This document shows, one piece after another, positions 33,570 through 41,796 of a DNA stretch of 53,087 bases. The translations under genes were made by a program, and so were the position numbers. The notes below the pieces were generated by a model that saw only the letters and a program-made list of their open reading frames with translations, had not been told where the DNA came from and searched no databases. Origin of the DNA: Candidatus Dadabacteria bacterium. Lineage in GTDB: Bacteria > J088. Position 1 is the stretch's first letter; every line of letters begins with the position of its first letter. The stretch covers positions 1 to 53,087 of the forward strand of contig RFIY01000119.1 in assembly GCA_003695505.1 (NCBI GenBank), written 5' to 3'.

Positions 33570-34727
33570 TTGTATACTTACTGGCCGACGTTGTTGCGGA
33601 TTTTCCGCTACAGCTTCTCACGACGATACTGCACCTGGCGCTACCTGCTGTTTCCGGTACCGATCACGCTGCTGATCCTGTCGGTGCGCGTCATCGTCTT
33701 CGTTTGCCAGGGCCTGGATTACATCCTGTTCCCGCGCTTCGTTCAGCAGGAAGTTCGCGAACCGATTTTCATCATGGCCAATCCGCGCAGCGGTACAACC
33801 TTCTTGCACCGGCTGCTTGCCGAGGACGAGCAGTTCACCTGGCTCAAACTCTGGCATACACTGCTGCCATCGATCACGCTATACCGCCTCGTTGGTGCGC
33901 TCACATGTGTCGATCGCGTCATCGGACGGCCACTCGGACGGCTGTTCGATGGGATCAATCGACTCGCATTTGGCGGCTGGGACGGGATTCACAAGACCGG
34001 CCTCGATCAGTCGGAAGAAGATGAGCAGCTCTGGGTGTATCTGTTCCTGACGCCCGGGATCATGATTTTTTATCCATTCATCGACAAACTGCCCGAGGCA
34101 TTGACGCCAGACGAGCTGCCGGAGCGTATGCGACGACGTCTGGTGCGCTACATGCGCCGCGCGATGCAGCGCCACGTCTACGCCACCGGCGGCAAGCGGT
34201 TGCTGGCCAAGAACGCGCTCGCGGGGGGGCGCCTTGGCATCTATCGAGAAGCCTTCCCCGACATGGTATTGATTCACACCGTGCGGCACCCCTGCGAAAC
34301 GATACCGTCGGCGATCAGCATGTTCAGCAAGCCATGGCGGACTCATTCGCCTCAGTGCCTTGATCCGGACGCAGAGCTGCGCAATCTGGTCGATATCGTC
34401 GTCCTCAACTACCATCAGCTCATGCAACATCGCGCGACATTCGACCCGGAGCGCTATATCGAATTTCGCTACGACGCACTCGTGTCCGACCCGTGGTCGG
34501 TCGTCCAGGCGGTCTACGACAAGTTCGAACTCGAGTGCGACGACGCAAGCCGCACGCGCCTGCACATGCTCTGCGAACAGGCACGCACCTATCGCAGTAC
34601 CCACGAATATGATCTCGCCGACTTCGGTTTGACCGCTCAGGAAATCGCCCAACTGGTTCCGGAAGTGTTTGCGGCCTGGGATTTTCCACTCGAACCGTCA
34701 GATCCGCAGCGCGCGGCCGCGGGATGA
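33570..34727 (+). CDS. PAPS-dependent sulfotransferase-family protein with an N-terminal hydrophobic segment
   Basis: 5'-PSB loop IFIMANPRSGTTFLHRLL and 3'-PB-like TVRHPCETIPSAIS. Possible TM segment YLLFPVPITLLILSVRVIVFV. The start codon is uncertain (TTG). Confidence 0.7.
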   Translation: MYTYWPTLLRIFRYSFSRRYCTWRYLLFPVPITLLILSVRVIVFVCQGLDYILFPRFVQQEVREPIFIMANPRSGTTFLHRLLAEDEQFTWLKLWHTLLPSITLYRLVGALTCVDRVIGRPLGRLFDGINRLAFGGWDGIHKTGLDQSEEDEQLWVYLFLTPGIMIFYPFIDKLPEALTPDELPERMRRRLVRYMRRAMQRHVYATGGKRLLAKNALAGGRLGIYREAFPDMVLIHTVRHPCETIPSAISMFSKPWRTHSPQCLDPDAELRNLVDIVVLNYHQLMQHRATFDPERYIEFRYDALVSDPWSVVQAVYDKFELECDDASRTRLHMLCEQARTYRSTHEYDLADFGLTAQEIAQLVPEVFAAWDFPLEPSDPQRAAAG

Positions 34728-34765
34728 GCGTCCGCGCACCCGCGCGTACCGCGTACAATGTCGTC

Positions 34766-35227
34766 ATGACTGAACTCGAACAGGAACAGCCGCCCGCGCT
34801 GCCCGACCTGCTTGCCGATGCGCGCGAGCCGGAATCGGAAGATCCGCGCAAATGGACGCCGCCGGAAGTCGTCGGCCTCGCGCTGATGTACGCCTACGGC
34901 ATCGAAGTATTGACGCACCTGCACCACCCGCAATGGCGCGACATGCGTTATCTTGCCGAGGATCTGCTGTTCAACCGTGATCTGTTGCAGGACTGGATCG
35001 ATCTGCACGGCCCGGATGCGCTGGAATACCTGATCGAGCAGGAACTACCGGACCTGCCGCTCGTCGAGGAATCGGACGAACGACTGCAGGAACTCTATGT
35101 CGAGTCCGGCGATGTGCGGCAGTTCCTCGAAGCCGAGTACCGCCAGTTTCGTGAAGATATCGACCCGCCGCGTGCGCACCGCTGGTGGTGGCTCGATGCA
35201 GAACTCTACGGCCGCCAGATTCACTGA
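34766..35227 (+). CDS. acidic hypothetical protein (153 aa)
   Basis: The ORF is in the coding-strand series of its neighbours. No recognisable motif. The start could be 34724 or 34766. Confidence 0.4.
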   Translation: MTELEQEQPPALPDLLADAREPESEDPRKWTPPEVVGLALMYAYGIEVLTHLHHPQWRDMRYLAEDLLFNRDLLQDWIDLHGPDALEYLIEQELPDLPLVEESDERLQELYVESGDVRQFLEAEYRQFREDIDPPRAHRWWWLDAELYGRQIH

Positions 35228-35336
35228 GTGCGCCCGGGTACACACACCGCGATCGCCGTTCGAGACTCTCGTCGGTACCCGCTACAATAATCCCCGAACC
35301 TGATGAACCGTTGCTCAGTCGCGACAGGAGTCCGAC

Positions 35337-36878
35337 ATGACTGCTCCCGGTCACGAACTCGAAACCATCGCTGCCGACGGGCGCATCAACGTCGTTTCGC
35401 CGCTGGACGGACGCGTCCTCGAACGGATCCCCATGACGCCACCAGAGGACGTTCCCGCGCTGTTCGAACGCGCGCGGCAAGCGCAACGGCAATGGCAGAA
35501 GCGCTCCGTGGCCGCACGCGCCCGCGCGCTGAAGCCGCTGGCACGCGGTATCGCCGATGCCGCGGACGAGCTGGTCGAATTGCTGCGCGAGGAAATCGGG
35601 CGACACCCGGCCGAATCCTGGTTCGCGGAGATCGTTCCGAACATCGACCTGATTCACTGGTGGGTCAGGCAGGGACGCAAGCACCTCGAACCGCAGCGGG
35701 TCAAACTGAATCCCATCAACTTCCCCGGCAAGAAGGCGTGGATCGAACTGGTTCCGCGTGGCGTGCTCGGCCTGATCACTCCGTGGAACTATCCGGTCTC
35801 CATTCCGCTGCGCGCGCTGATTCCGGCGCTGCTGGCCGGCAACGCCGTCGTCTGGAAGCCGAGCGAATATGCGGCGCTTGTGTCGAAGCGGCTAGACGCG
35901 CTGTTTTCGGAGTTCCTTGATCCCGACCTGGTCGTACTGGCACAGGGCGCGGGCCCGACCGGCGCGGCCGTTGTCGAACACTGCGATGGCATCGGCTTCA
36001 CCGGCAGCTACGCGGTCGGCCAGCAGATTGCCGTACGTGCCGCCGAACGGCTGATCCCGTCCTCGCTCGAACTGGGGGGCAAGGACTTCGCCGTTGTCTG
36101 CCCGGATGCGAATCTGCCGCGGGCAGCAGCTGGTATCGCCTGGGCCGGGCTGACCAATGCCGGCCAGAACTGCGCCAGCATCGAGGTCGTCTGCGTCCAC
36201 GAATCGGTCGCAGCAGAGTTCACATCGCTGCTGCGCGACGAGGTGCAGAAGATGGCGCCGTTCGTCGGGCCGATGATCAACGCCCGCCAGAAGCAGAAAG
36301 TCGCCGCGCAACTCGATGACGCGATTCGCAGCGGTGGCCTCGTCCTGATCGGTGGCGAGGGAGACGCAGACGGCCTGCGCATCGACCCGGCCGTGATCGA
36401 ACACCCCGACTGGAACAGCGCCCTGATGTGCGAAGAAACCTTTGGCCCGGTGCTCCCAGTGGTCACCTGGCGCGATCTGGCCGAAGTCAGTGAACAGCTC
36501 GCGCGCAGCGCGTACGGCCTGACGTTGAGCGTCTGGTCGGCAGACGTGGACAGCGCGGTGGCCTGGGCCCGGCAGCAGCCAGCCGGGGTATTGACCGTCA
36601 ACAACCACAGCTTTACCGCCGGCATCGCCGAAATGCCGTGGACGGGTGTGCGCCAGAGCGGACTCGGCGTCACCAACAGCGTCTACGCGCTGGAGTGGAT
36701 GACCCGCCCCCGCGGCGTGCTGATCGACCGCAACAAGCAACGCGAGCCGTGGTGGCACCCGTACAACGACGCGGCCGTCACGATGGCGCGCGGCATCAGC
36801 GATCTCAATACGGGTCGCCGCCCGTTCTGGCGGGCGCTTCCCGACCTGCTCAAGGGGTTCCTGACACGATGGAAGTGA
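35337..36878 (+). CDS. NAD(P)-dependent aldehyde dehydrogenase family protein
   Basis: ITPWNYP, WKPSE, ELGGKD (catalytic Glu) and AGQNCASIE (catalytic Cys), EETFGPV. Confidence 0.9.
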   Translation: MTAPGHELETIAADGRINVVSPLDGRVLERIPMTPPEDVPALFERARQAQRQWQKRSVAARARALKPLARGIADAADELVELLREEIGRHPAESWFAEIVPNIDLIHWWVRQGRKHLEPQRVKLNPINFPGKKAWIELVPRGVLGLITPWNYPVSIPLRALIPALLAGNAVVWKPSEYAALVSKRLDALFSEFLDPDLVVLAQGAGPTGAAVVEHCDGIGFTGSYAVGQQIAVRAAERLIPSSLELGGKDFAVVCPDANLPRAAAGIAWAGLTNAGQNCASIEVVCVHESVAAEFTSLLRDEVQKMAPFVGPMINARQKQKVAAQLDDAIRSGGLVLIGGEGDADGLRIDPAVIEHPDWNSALMCEETFGPVLPVVTWRDLAEVSEQLARSAYGLTLSVWSADVDSAVAWARQQPAGVLTVNNHSFTAGIAEMPWTGVRQSGLGVTNSVYALEWMTRPRGVLIDRNKQREPWWHPYNDAAVTMARGISDLNTGRRPFWRALPDLLKGFLTRWK

Positions 36879-38206
36879 CGCCACTCAGTCCAGATGTCGT
36901 TCAGGGATCGGTCGAAACCTTTCGCACGCTGCTGCGCTTCAATACGGTCAACCCACCCGGTAACGAACGACCCCTGATCGACTGGGTCGCCGACCAGCTC
37001 ACCGCTGCCGGGATCGAGTCGACGATTCTCGAGTCCGCGCCCGGCCGGGCCAATCTCGTCGCCCGTCTCAAGGGCGGTTCCGAACCCGCTATTGTGCTGA
37101 CCGGACACGTCGATGTCGTCGCGGTCGAACCGGAGCACTGGAGTGTCGACCCGTTCGCGGCGGAGGAAAAGGACGGCTGGATCTACGGACGCGGCGCGGT
37201 CGACATGAAACACCACGTCGCGATGTGCATCACCGTGTTCCTTGAATTGGCACGACGCAGGAACGCGCTGAACCGCGACGTGATCCTGCTGCTCGTCGCT
37301 GACGAAGAAGCAGGCTCACGCTATGGGATGCGCTGGATGGTCGAGAACCACGCGGATCTGTTCGAGGCCGGCTACGGCCTCAACGAGTTCGGCGGCTTCA
37401 ATATCCCGCTGCCCGGTAACCGTCGCGCCTGGCTGGTCCAGACCGCCGAACGCGGCTTCTGCTGGTTCAGACTGCGTGCCCACGGCCAGCCGGGACACGG
37501 GTCGTTGCCACCCGCCGACAGTGCGGTCGAAAAACTGACCGCAGCCATTCAACGACTTTGCCACGCGGACCTGCCCTACCACCTGACACCCGCCGCACAA
37601 GCGTATCTGGATGGTCTCGCGCGCGCAATGGGGCCGCTCGGATTCGTTCCGAAGTTACTCAAGAACCGATGGACCGAAGGATTTGCACTGCGCCTGTTCC
37701 CCGACCCGGAACAGGCCAACGCCGTGCGCGCCTCGCTGCATAACACCGCCGTGCCCACAGTGATTCGCTCCGGTGAGAAAACCAACGTCGTCCCGGGGAC
37801 GGCCGAAGTCGAAATCGACGGGCGCTATCTGCCTGGTTTTACCGAAGAGCAATTCCTCGACGAAGTGCGCCAGGTCGTTGGCGACGGGTTCGACATCGAC
37901 GTCATCGAATCAGGACCGCCCGCGGAAACGACGCTGCACACACCGCTGCTCGACCAGATCCACGAAGTCATGAACGAGCGAACGGGCGGCGAACCCGTGG
38001 TCCCGTGGATGCTGATCGGATTTTCGGACACCAAGTGGCTGCAAACCGTCGGCATCCAGACATATGGTTTCTCGCCGATCCGCTTTCCTGACGACACCCG
38101 TTTCACCCGTCTGCCGCATGGCCACGACGAACGGGCGCCGCGCGACGGCTACGAATGGGGAGTGGAAACGCTCTGGCAGACCGTCGCCCGATTTTGCACG
38201 CGATGA
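36869..38206 (+). CDS. M20-family metallopeptidase/deacylase (ArgE/DapE/ACY1 type)
   Basis: LTGHVDVV, GRGAVDMKHH, LLVADEEAGS. The ATG at 36869 overlaps the ALDH stop by 10 nt. Confidence 0.85.
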   Translation: MEVTPLSPDVVQGSVETFRTLLRFNTVNPPGNERPLIDWVADQLTAAGIESTILESAPGRANLVARLKGGSEPAIVLTGHVDVVAVEPEHWSVDPFAAEEKDGWIYGRGAVDMKHHVAMCITVFLELARRRNALNRDVILLLVADEEAGSRYGMRWMVENHADLFEAGYGLNEFGGFNIPLPGNRRAWLVQTAERGFCWFRLRAHGQPGHGSLPPADSAVEKLTAAIQRLCHADLPYHLTPAAQAYLDGLARAMGPLGFVPKLLKNRWTEGFALRLFPDPEQANAVRASLHNTAVPTVIRSGEKTNVVPGTAEVEIDGRYLPGFTEEQFLDEVRQVVGDGFDIDVIESGPPAETTLHTPLLDQIHEVMNERTGGEPVVPWMLIGFSDTKWLQTVGIQTYGFSPIRFPDDTRFTRLPHGHDERAPRDGYEWGVETLWQTVARFCTR

Positions 38207-38832
38207 ACGAACTTGCTCTGCGGCGGGCGGAAGCGGCGTTTCTGAGTCGCTACCCCGGCGGCTTCGCGCACCCGGAGCTTGTCGAGATCGGCCAGAAGAA
38301 ACACAAGATGGACAAGATGGAAGCCCTCACGCGCGAGTCTTTCGCCAAAAAGCGCTTCGACGACCCAGCGCGACTCGCCGAAGATGCCATTCGTGTCGTG
38401 TCGCGGTCGAGCATGGTCTCCGTGTTCGAGAAGCCAAAATTTCGCGACTACGTCCGGCAACTGGGCCGTGACGACCGGGCCGCCTTCGTGGCGGCGCTGC
38501 AGGAATGGATCCACGGAGCGGAAGCGCGCGGTTTCGAGGCGCTGTTTGCCGCGCTCGCGCCCGGCAAACTGACGAAGTGGACGCTGATGTCGGTGTTCAA
38601 GGCATATTACCGCCCGCGACACGATGTGTTCATCAAACCGACCACCGCGAAGCTGATCATCGCGCGTCTCGAACTCGGCCTCGAATACCATCCCACGCCG
38701 ACCTGGGGATTCTACCGCGACTTCCGCAACGCGATCAACGACATGAAACAGCTCGTCGCGCCCGAACTCGCCATCAACAATCCGGCATTCTGCGGATTCC
38801 TTATGATGACCCTTTCGGGCGATCTGAACTGA
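38203..38832 (+). CDS. conserved-looking hypothetical protein (209 aa)
   Basis: ATGA overlap with the M20 gene (translational coupling). No recognisable domain. Confidence 0.5.
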   Translation: MNELALRRAEAAFLSRYPGGFAHPELVEIGQKKHKMDKMEALTRESFAKKRFDDPARLAEDAIRVVSRSSMVSVFEKPKFRDYVRQLGRDDRAAFVAALQEWIHGAEARGFEALFAALAPGKLTKWTLMSVFKAYYRPRHDVFIKPTTAKLIIARLELGLEYHPTPTWGFYRDFRNAINDMKQLVAPELAINNPAFCGFLMMTLSGDLN

Positions 38833-38877
38833 AGCCGAACACCACTGTCTCAGTCTCCGTGACAAGGAGTCCGAAAG

Positions 38878-39786
38878 ATGCGCCGTTTCCCTGCTCTGCT
38901 TGCTCTGCTCCCCTTCACGCTCGCAACGGCACCGGCCGCCGCCGATGACGCGGCGACCATCGAATGGATGCACGAGGTTGCCCCATTCCGCGAGTTGCGC
39001 GACCGCAAGGACGCACCGGTTCCGACGGACGCAGAGATCCGCGCCGCGCTCGGCGGAGAGATCGTTGCGCGGCGCGGCGAGATTCCGGGCACATCGCTCG
39101 ACTATGTCTGGGCTGCGCGCGTGCTCGATGTCGACCCGAAGCTGTTCTGGCTTGCCATCATCGACCGCGAACACTACGAGCAGCTCAGCGACAACATCGT
39201 CGAATCGATCATCACCGAACAGCAGCCGGACCGATTCTTCAGCTACAACGTCCTCGAAGCCCCGCTCGTCAGCACCCGACACCAGGTGCTGGAGTGCTTC
39301 GCGAACCGCGAATTGTACGAAGCGTCGGACGGAAAGATCTGGGAGCACTACTGGCACCGGGCCAGCGATGTCGAGAAGCGCATCGCGGAAGCCCTGCAAA
39401 GCCCAAAGCTGGAGCGAATCGGTCCTGAAGATGTAGAGAAGGCCGTCATCGTCGCCCACAACGATGGCTCGTGGATGCTGATCCCGCTTCCGGACGGTCG
39501 CCTCTGGGCCGAGACCTACAGCGCCAACGATCCTGGCGGCAGTATTCCGGACTTCATCGTCCGCAAAGTCGCCGCCAGCAGTACCGAAAAAACGCTGAAG
39601 TCGTACGAAGCCTGGACCCGCCGCCAGGCCCGGATCCACTTTGGTGCCGCCCACCCAGACGTTCTCGCGCCCGACGGGACATGGGTCAAACCCGCAGCCT
39701 TCATCAACGGCAGTCCGGCTTTCGCGCCACAGCCAACCACCGGGGGCCAGGCCGGTTCCGGAACGGGCGCCCACGGGGACCAGTAG
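38878..39786 (+). CDS. secreted START/SRPBCC-like lipid-binding-fold protein
   Basis: Signal peptide MRRFPALLALLPFTLATAPAAA-DD. The C-terminal NDPGGSIPDFIVRKVAASSTEKTLKSYEAW resembles the START D.kG.iP..l.n motif. The antisense 541-aa ORF was rejected. Confidence 0.5.
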   Translation: MRRFPALLALLPFTLATAPAAADDAATIEWMHEVAPFRELRDRKDAPVPTDAEIRAALGGEIVARRGEIPGTSLDYVWAARVLDVDPKLFWLAIIDREHYEQLSDNIVESIITEQQPDRFFSYNVLEAPLVSTRHQVLECFANRELYEASDGKIWEHYWHRASDVEKRIAEALQSPKLERIGPEDVEKAVIVAHNDGSWMLIPLPDGRLWAETYSANDPGGSIPDFIVRKVAASSTEKTLKSYEAWTRRQARIHFGAAHPDVLAPDGTWVKPAAFINGSPAFAPQPTTGGQAGSGTGAHGDQ

Positions 39787-39820
39787 GCCGTACTGCGATC
39801 AGGGCCGCCGCAGGCGGCGT

Positions 39821-39830
39821 TCAAGAATCG
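39821..39830. repeat. left copy of the 10-bp direct repeat TCAAGAATCG flanking the higBA cassette (right copy at 40627-40636)
   Basis: Exact 10-mers occur in both intergenic flanks of the TA module, 806 bp apart. Confidence 0.5.
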
Positions 39831-39954
39831 TTGCGGCGAACGAAAACCGAAGGTGCCGCACTACGACAGACCGAGGCTACGGCACCAGCGGGAAAGTTGT
39901 TGCCCAGCGACGCCGTTGCCGTTTCCGGCATCCCGATGGCGCCGCGATTCCGCT

Positions 39955-40266
39955 TCAAGCCGCAGACGTCAACGGCTGAATACGCTCAAGGTGCAGTCGA
40001 TCCGAGCGCTGCCTGGCGTGCCACAAATCCCAATCCATCTGCAGACCGAGCCAAAACTGCGCATCCATACCGGTTGCCTGTTCGAGCTTCAGCGCCATCT
40101 CGGGACTGACGGCCCGTTTCCGGTTGCAAAGTTCGTTTATCGCGCGCGGCGAACGCAAACCCAGACGTCGCGAGAATTCCGATTGCGATATCCCCAGCGG
40201 CGCAAGAAACTCCCTGGCCAGCATCTCGCCCGGATGCGTCGGCGGGCGGTTCTTCGGTAACGGCAT
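39955..40266 (-). CDS. higA: HigA-family antitoxin (XRE-type HTH)
   Basis: HPGEMLAREFLAPLGISQSEFSRRLGLRSPRAINELCNRKRAVSPEMALKLEQATGMDAQFWLGLQ. GGAGG lies 5 nt upstream of the ATG, 10 nt after the higB stop. Confidence 0.85.
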   Translation of the reverse strand: MPLPKNRPPTHPGEMLAREFLAPLGISQSEFSRRLGLRSPRAINELCNRKRAVSPEMALKLEQATGMDAQFWLGLQMDWDLWHARQRSDRLHLERIQPLTSAA

Positions 40267-40276
40267 CCTGACCTCC

Positions 40277-40576
40277 TTATTCATCGTGGTAATCAACGAT
40301 CTCAACATCACGCGCATCCGTACCCGTCCACCGAAAGACAAGTCTGTGTGAAGCCGTGATCCACACCGCCCATTGCCCCGCGCGGCTACCCTTGAGTTTA
40401 TGCAGGCGGTTATTTGGTGGAATATTCATCATTTCCAACCGGGTCACCCGGTTCAACTGATCGAGCAGACGCTGCGCCTTCGGCCAAGAATCCGGATGCA
40501 ACCGTTTGATCGCTCGCTTTGACCGCACGCCGTCATAAATGTCGCGCGTCTCTTTGTCGGCGAAATCTACGATCAT
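40277..40576 (-). CDS. higB: HigB-type toxin (RelE/ParE superfamily, plasmid-maintenance killer family)
   Basis: Typical HigB pattern: MIVDFADKETRDIY...LHKLKGSRAGQWAVWITASHRLVFRW...VEIVDYHDE. The toxin-first gene order is the hig arrangement. Confidence 0.85.
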   Translation of the reverse strand: MIVDFADKETRDIYDGVRSKRAIKRLHPDSWPKAQRLLDQLNRVTRLEMMNIPPNNRLHKLKGSRAGQWAVWITASHRLVFRWTGTDARDVEIVDYHDE

Positions 40577-40582
40577 TTACAC

Positions 40583-40588
40583 ATTATA
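40583..40588 (-). promoter_or_regulatory. perfect -10 hexamer TATAAT 6 nt upstream of the higB ATG (implies a leaderless or near-leaderless transcript)
   Basis: The minus strand reads GGCGGTATAATGTGTAAATG. There is no SD between the hexamer and the start, and no good -35 element was found. Confidence 0.4.
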
Positions 40589-40626
40589 CCGCCTGGCGTA
40601 ATAGAAGGTATCCAGGCTCGTCGCGA

Positions 40627-40636
40627 TCAAGAATCG
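40627..40636. repeat. right copy of the 10-bp direct repeat TCAAGAATCG flanking higBA
   Basis: See the left copy at 39821-39830. Confidence 0.5.
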
Positions 40637-40707
40637 CGCTGCAAAGGAAACTTGTAACAATGGCCGCAGGCTGTACCGCACGGCGCGCCTTCTCTGCTCT
40701 CTCCCGC

Positions 40708-41796
40708 TCAGAACATCCTTCTGTGCTGCCGCACGCTGAACGCCAGGCCCAGCGCGATCGAGTTGGCCAGGATCGCGCTGCCGCCATAGGTCATCCACGG
40801 CAACGGCAGACCGACGACCGGCGCCCAGCCGGCGACCATCGCCAGATTCATGCCTACATGCAGGGCCAGATGCAACAGCACACCCGCGGTCAGCAACCTT
40901 CCAGCCGTGTCACGTGCTTCGATCGCGGTGCGCGCCAGCCACCAGAACAGCCACGCAAACAGCGCTAGTACGACACAGACGCCGAAAAAACCCCACTCCT
41001 CTGCCCAGACCGCGAAAATAAAGTCGGTATGCTGCTCCGGCAGAAAACGCAATTGTGTCTGTGTGCCGTGCCCAAACCCGAGTCCGCGTACCCCGCCCAC
41101 GCCAACGGCGATCTTGCTCTGGATGATGTGATATCCCGCGCCGAGCGGATCGGATTCGGGATCGAGAAAGCCGACAATCCGCTTCTTCTGATACGGCTTG
41201 AGGACGTAGAACCACGCGAGTACCACCGACACCAGCCCTGAAACGATCAGCCCGAACTGCAGTCGCCGCTCGATGCCGGCGACCCAGAATACGCCGACGC
41301 CAATCACCAGAATGGCGACCGCCGTTCCCAGATCGGGCTGGCGCGCGGTCAGGACGACCGGAACGAGCAGGACAAATGTCGGCGCCAGCAGATCCCGTAT
41401 GGTGTAGCCACCGGGCTTGGGTCGCTTCGCGCACCAGTGCACGCTCCACAGCAGAACCGCGACCTTGGCGAACTCACTCGGCTGCAATCGCAGTGGCCCC
41501 ACGCCCAGCCAGCGCTGGCTGCCCCCGCCGCTTTGTCCGACAAACAGCACACCGACCAGCAGGAGCACGACAATTGCGAACACCGGACCCGCCAGCGTAA
41601 CCACCCAGCGATAATCGATCTGTGCCAGTCCCACCATCAGAACCATACCGATGCCGTACCACGCGAGCTGGCGTACAAAAATCCCTGTCTGCTCGAGTAC
41701 GGCGCTGTGTACGCTGAGCGCACCAGCGCACATGATCAGCACCATGACCCCCAGCGCTACGGCGACGTCGCGATCGATCTGAAACTTTCGGCTCAC
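40708..41796 (-). CDS. rodA: peptidoglycan glycosyltransferase RodA (SEDS family)
   Basis: Multi-TM FtsW/RodA/SpoVE pattern (QPSEFAKV, PDLGTA, GAGYHIIQSKIAVG, LPEQHTDFIFA). The GTG start forms a GTGA overlap with the mrdA stop. The longer ORF N-terminus was rejected. Confidence 0.9.
   Translation of the reverse strand: MSRKFQIDRDVAVALGVMVLIMCAGALSVHSAVLEQTGIFVRQLAWYGIGMVLMVGLAQIDYRWVVTLAGPVFAIVVLLLVGVLFVGQSGGGSQRWLGVGPLRLQPSEFAKVAVLLWSVHWCAKRPKPGGYTIRDLLAPTFVLLVPVVLTARQPDLGTAVAILVIGVGVFWVAGIERRLQFGLIVSGLVSVVLAWFYVLKPYQKKRIVGFLDPESDPLGAGYHIIQSKIAVGVGGVRGLGFGHGTQTQLRFLPEQHTDFIFAVWAEEWGFFGVCVVLALFAWLFWWLARTAIEARDTAGRLLTAGVLLHLALHVGMNLAMVAGWAPVVGLPLPWMTYGGSAILANSIALGLAFSVRQHRRMF

Noticed and set aside
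38149-39774. 541-aa minus-strand ORF.
   Set aside because: It is antisense to two plus-strand genes, one translationally coupled by ATGA and one with a clear signal peptide. It is a shadow ORF.
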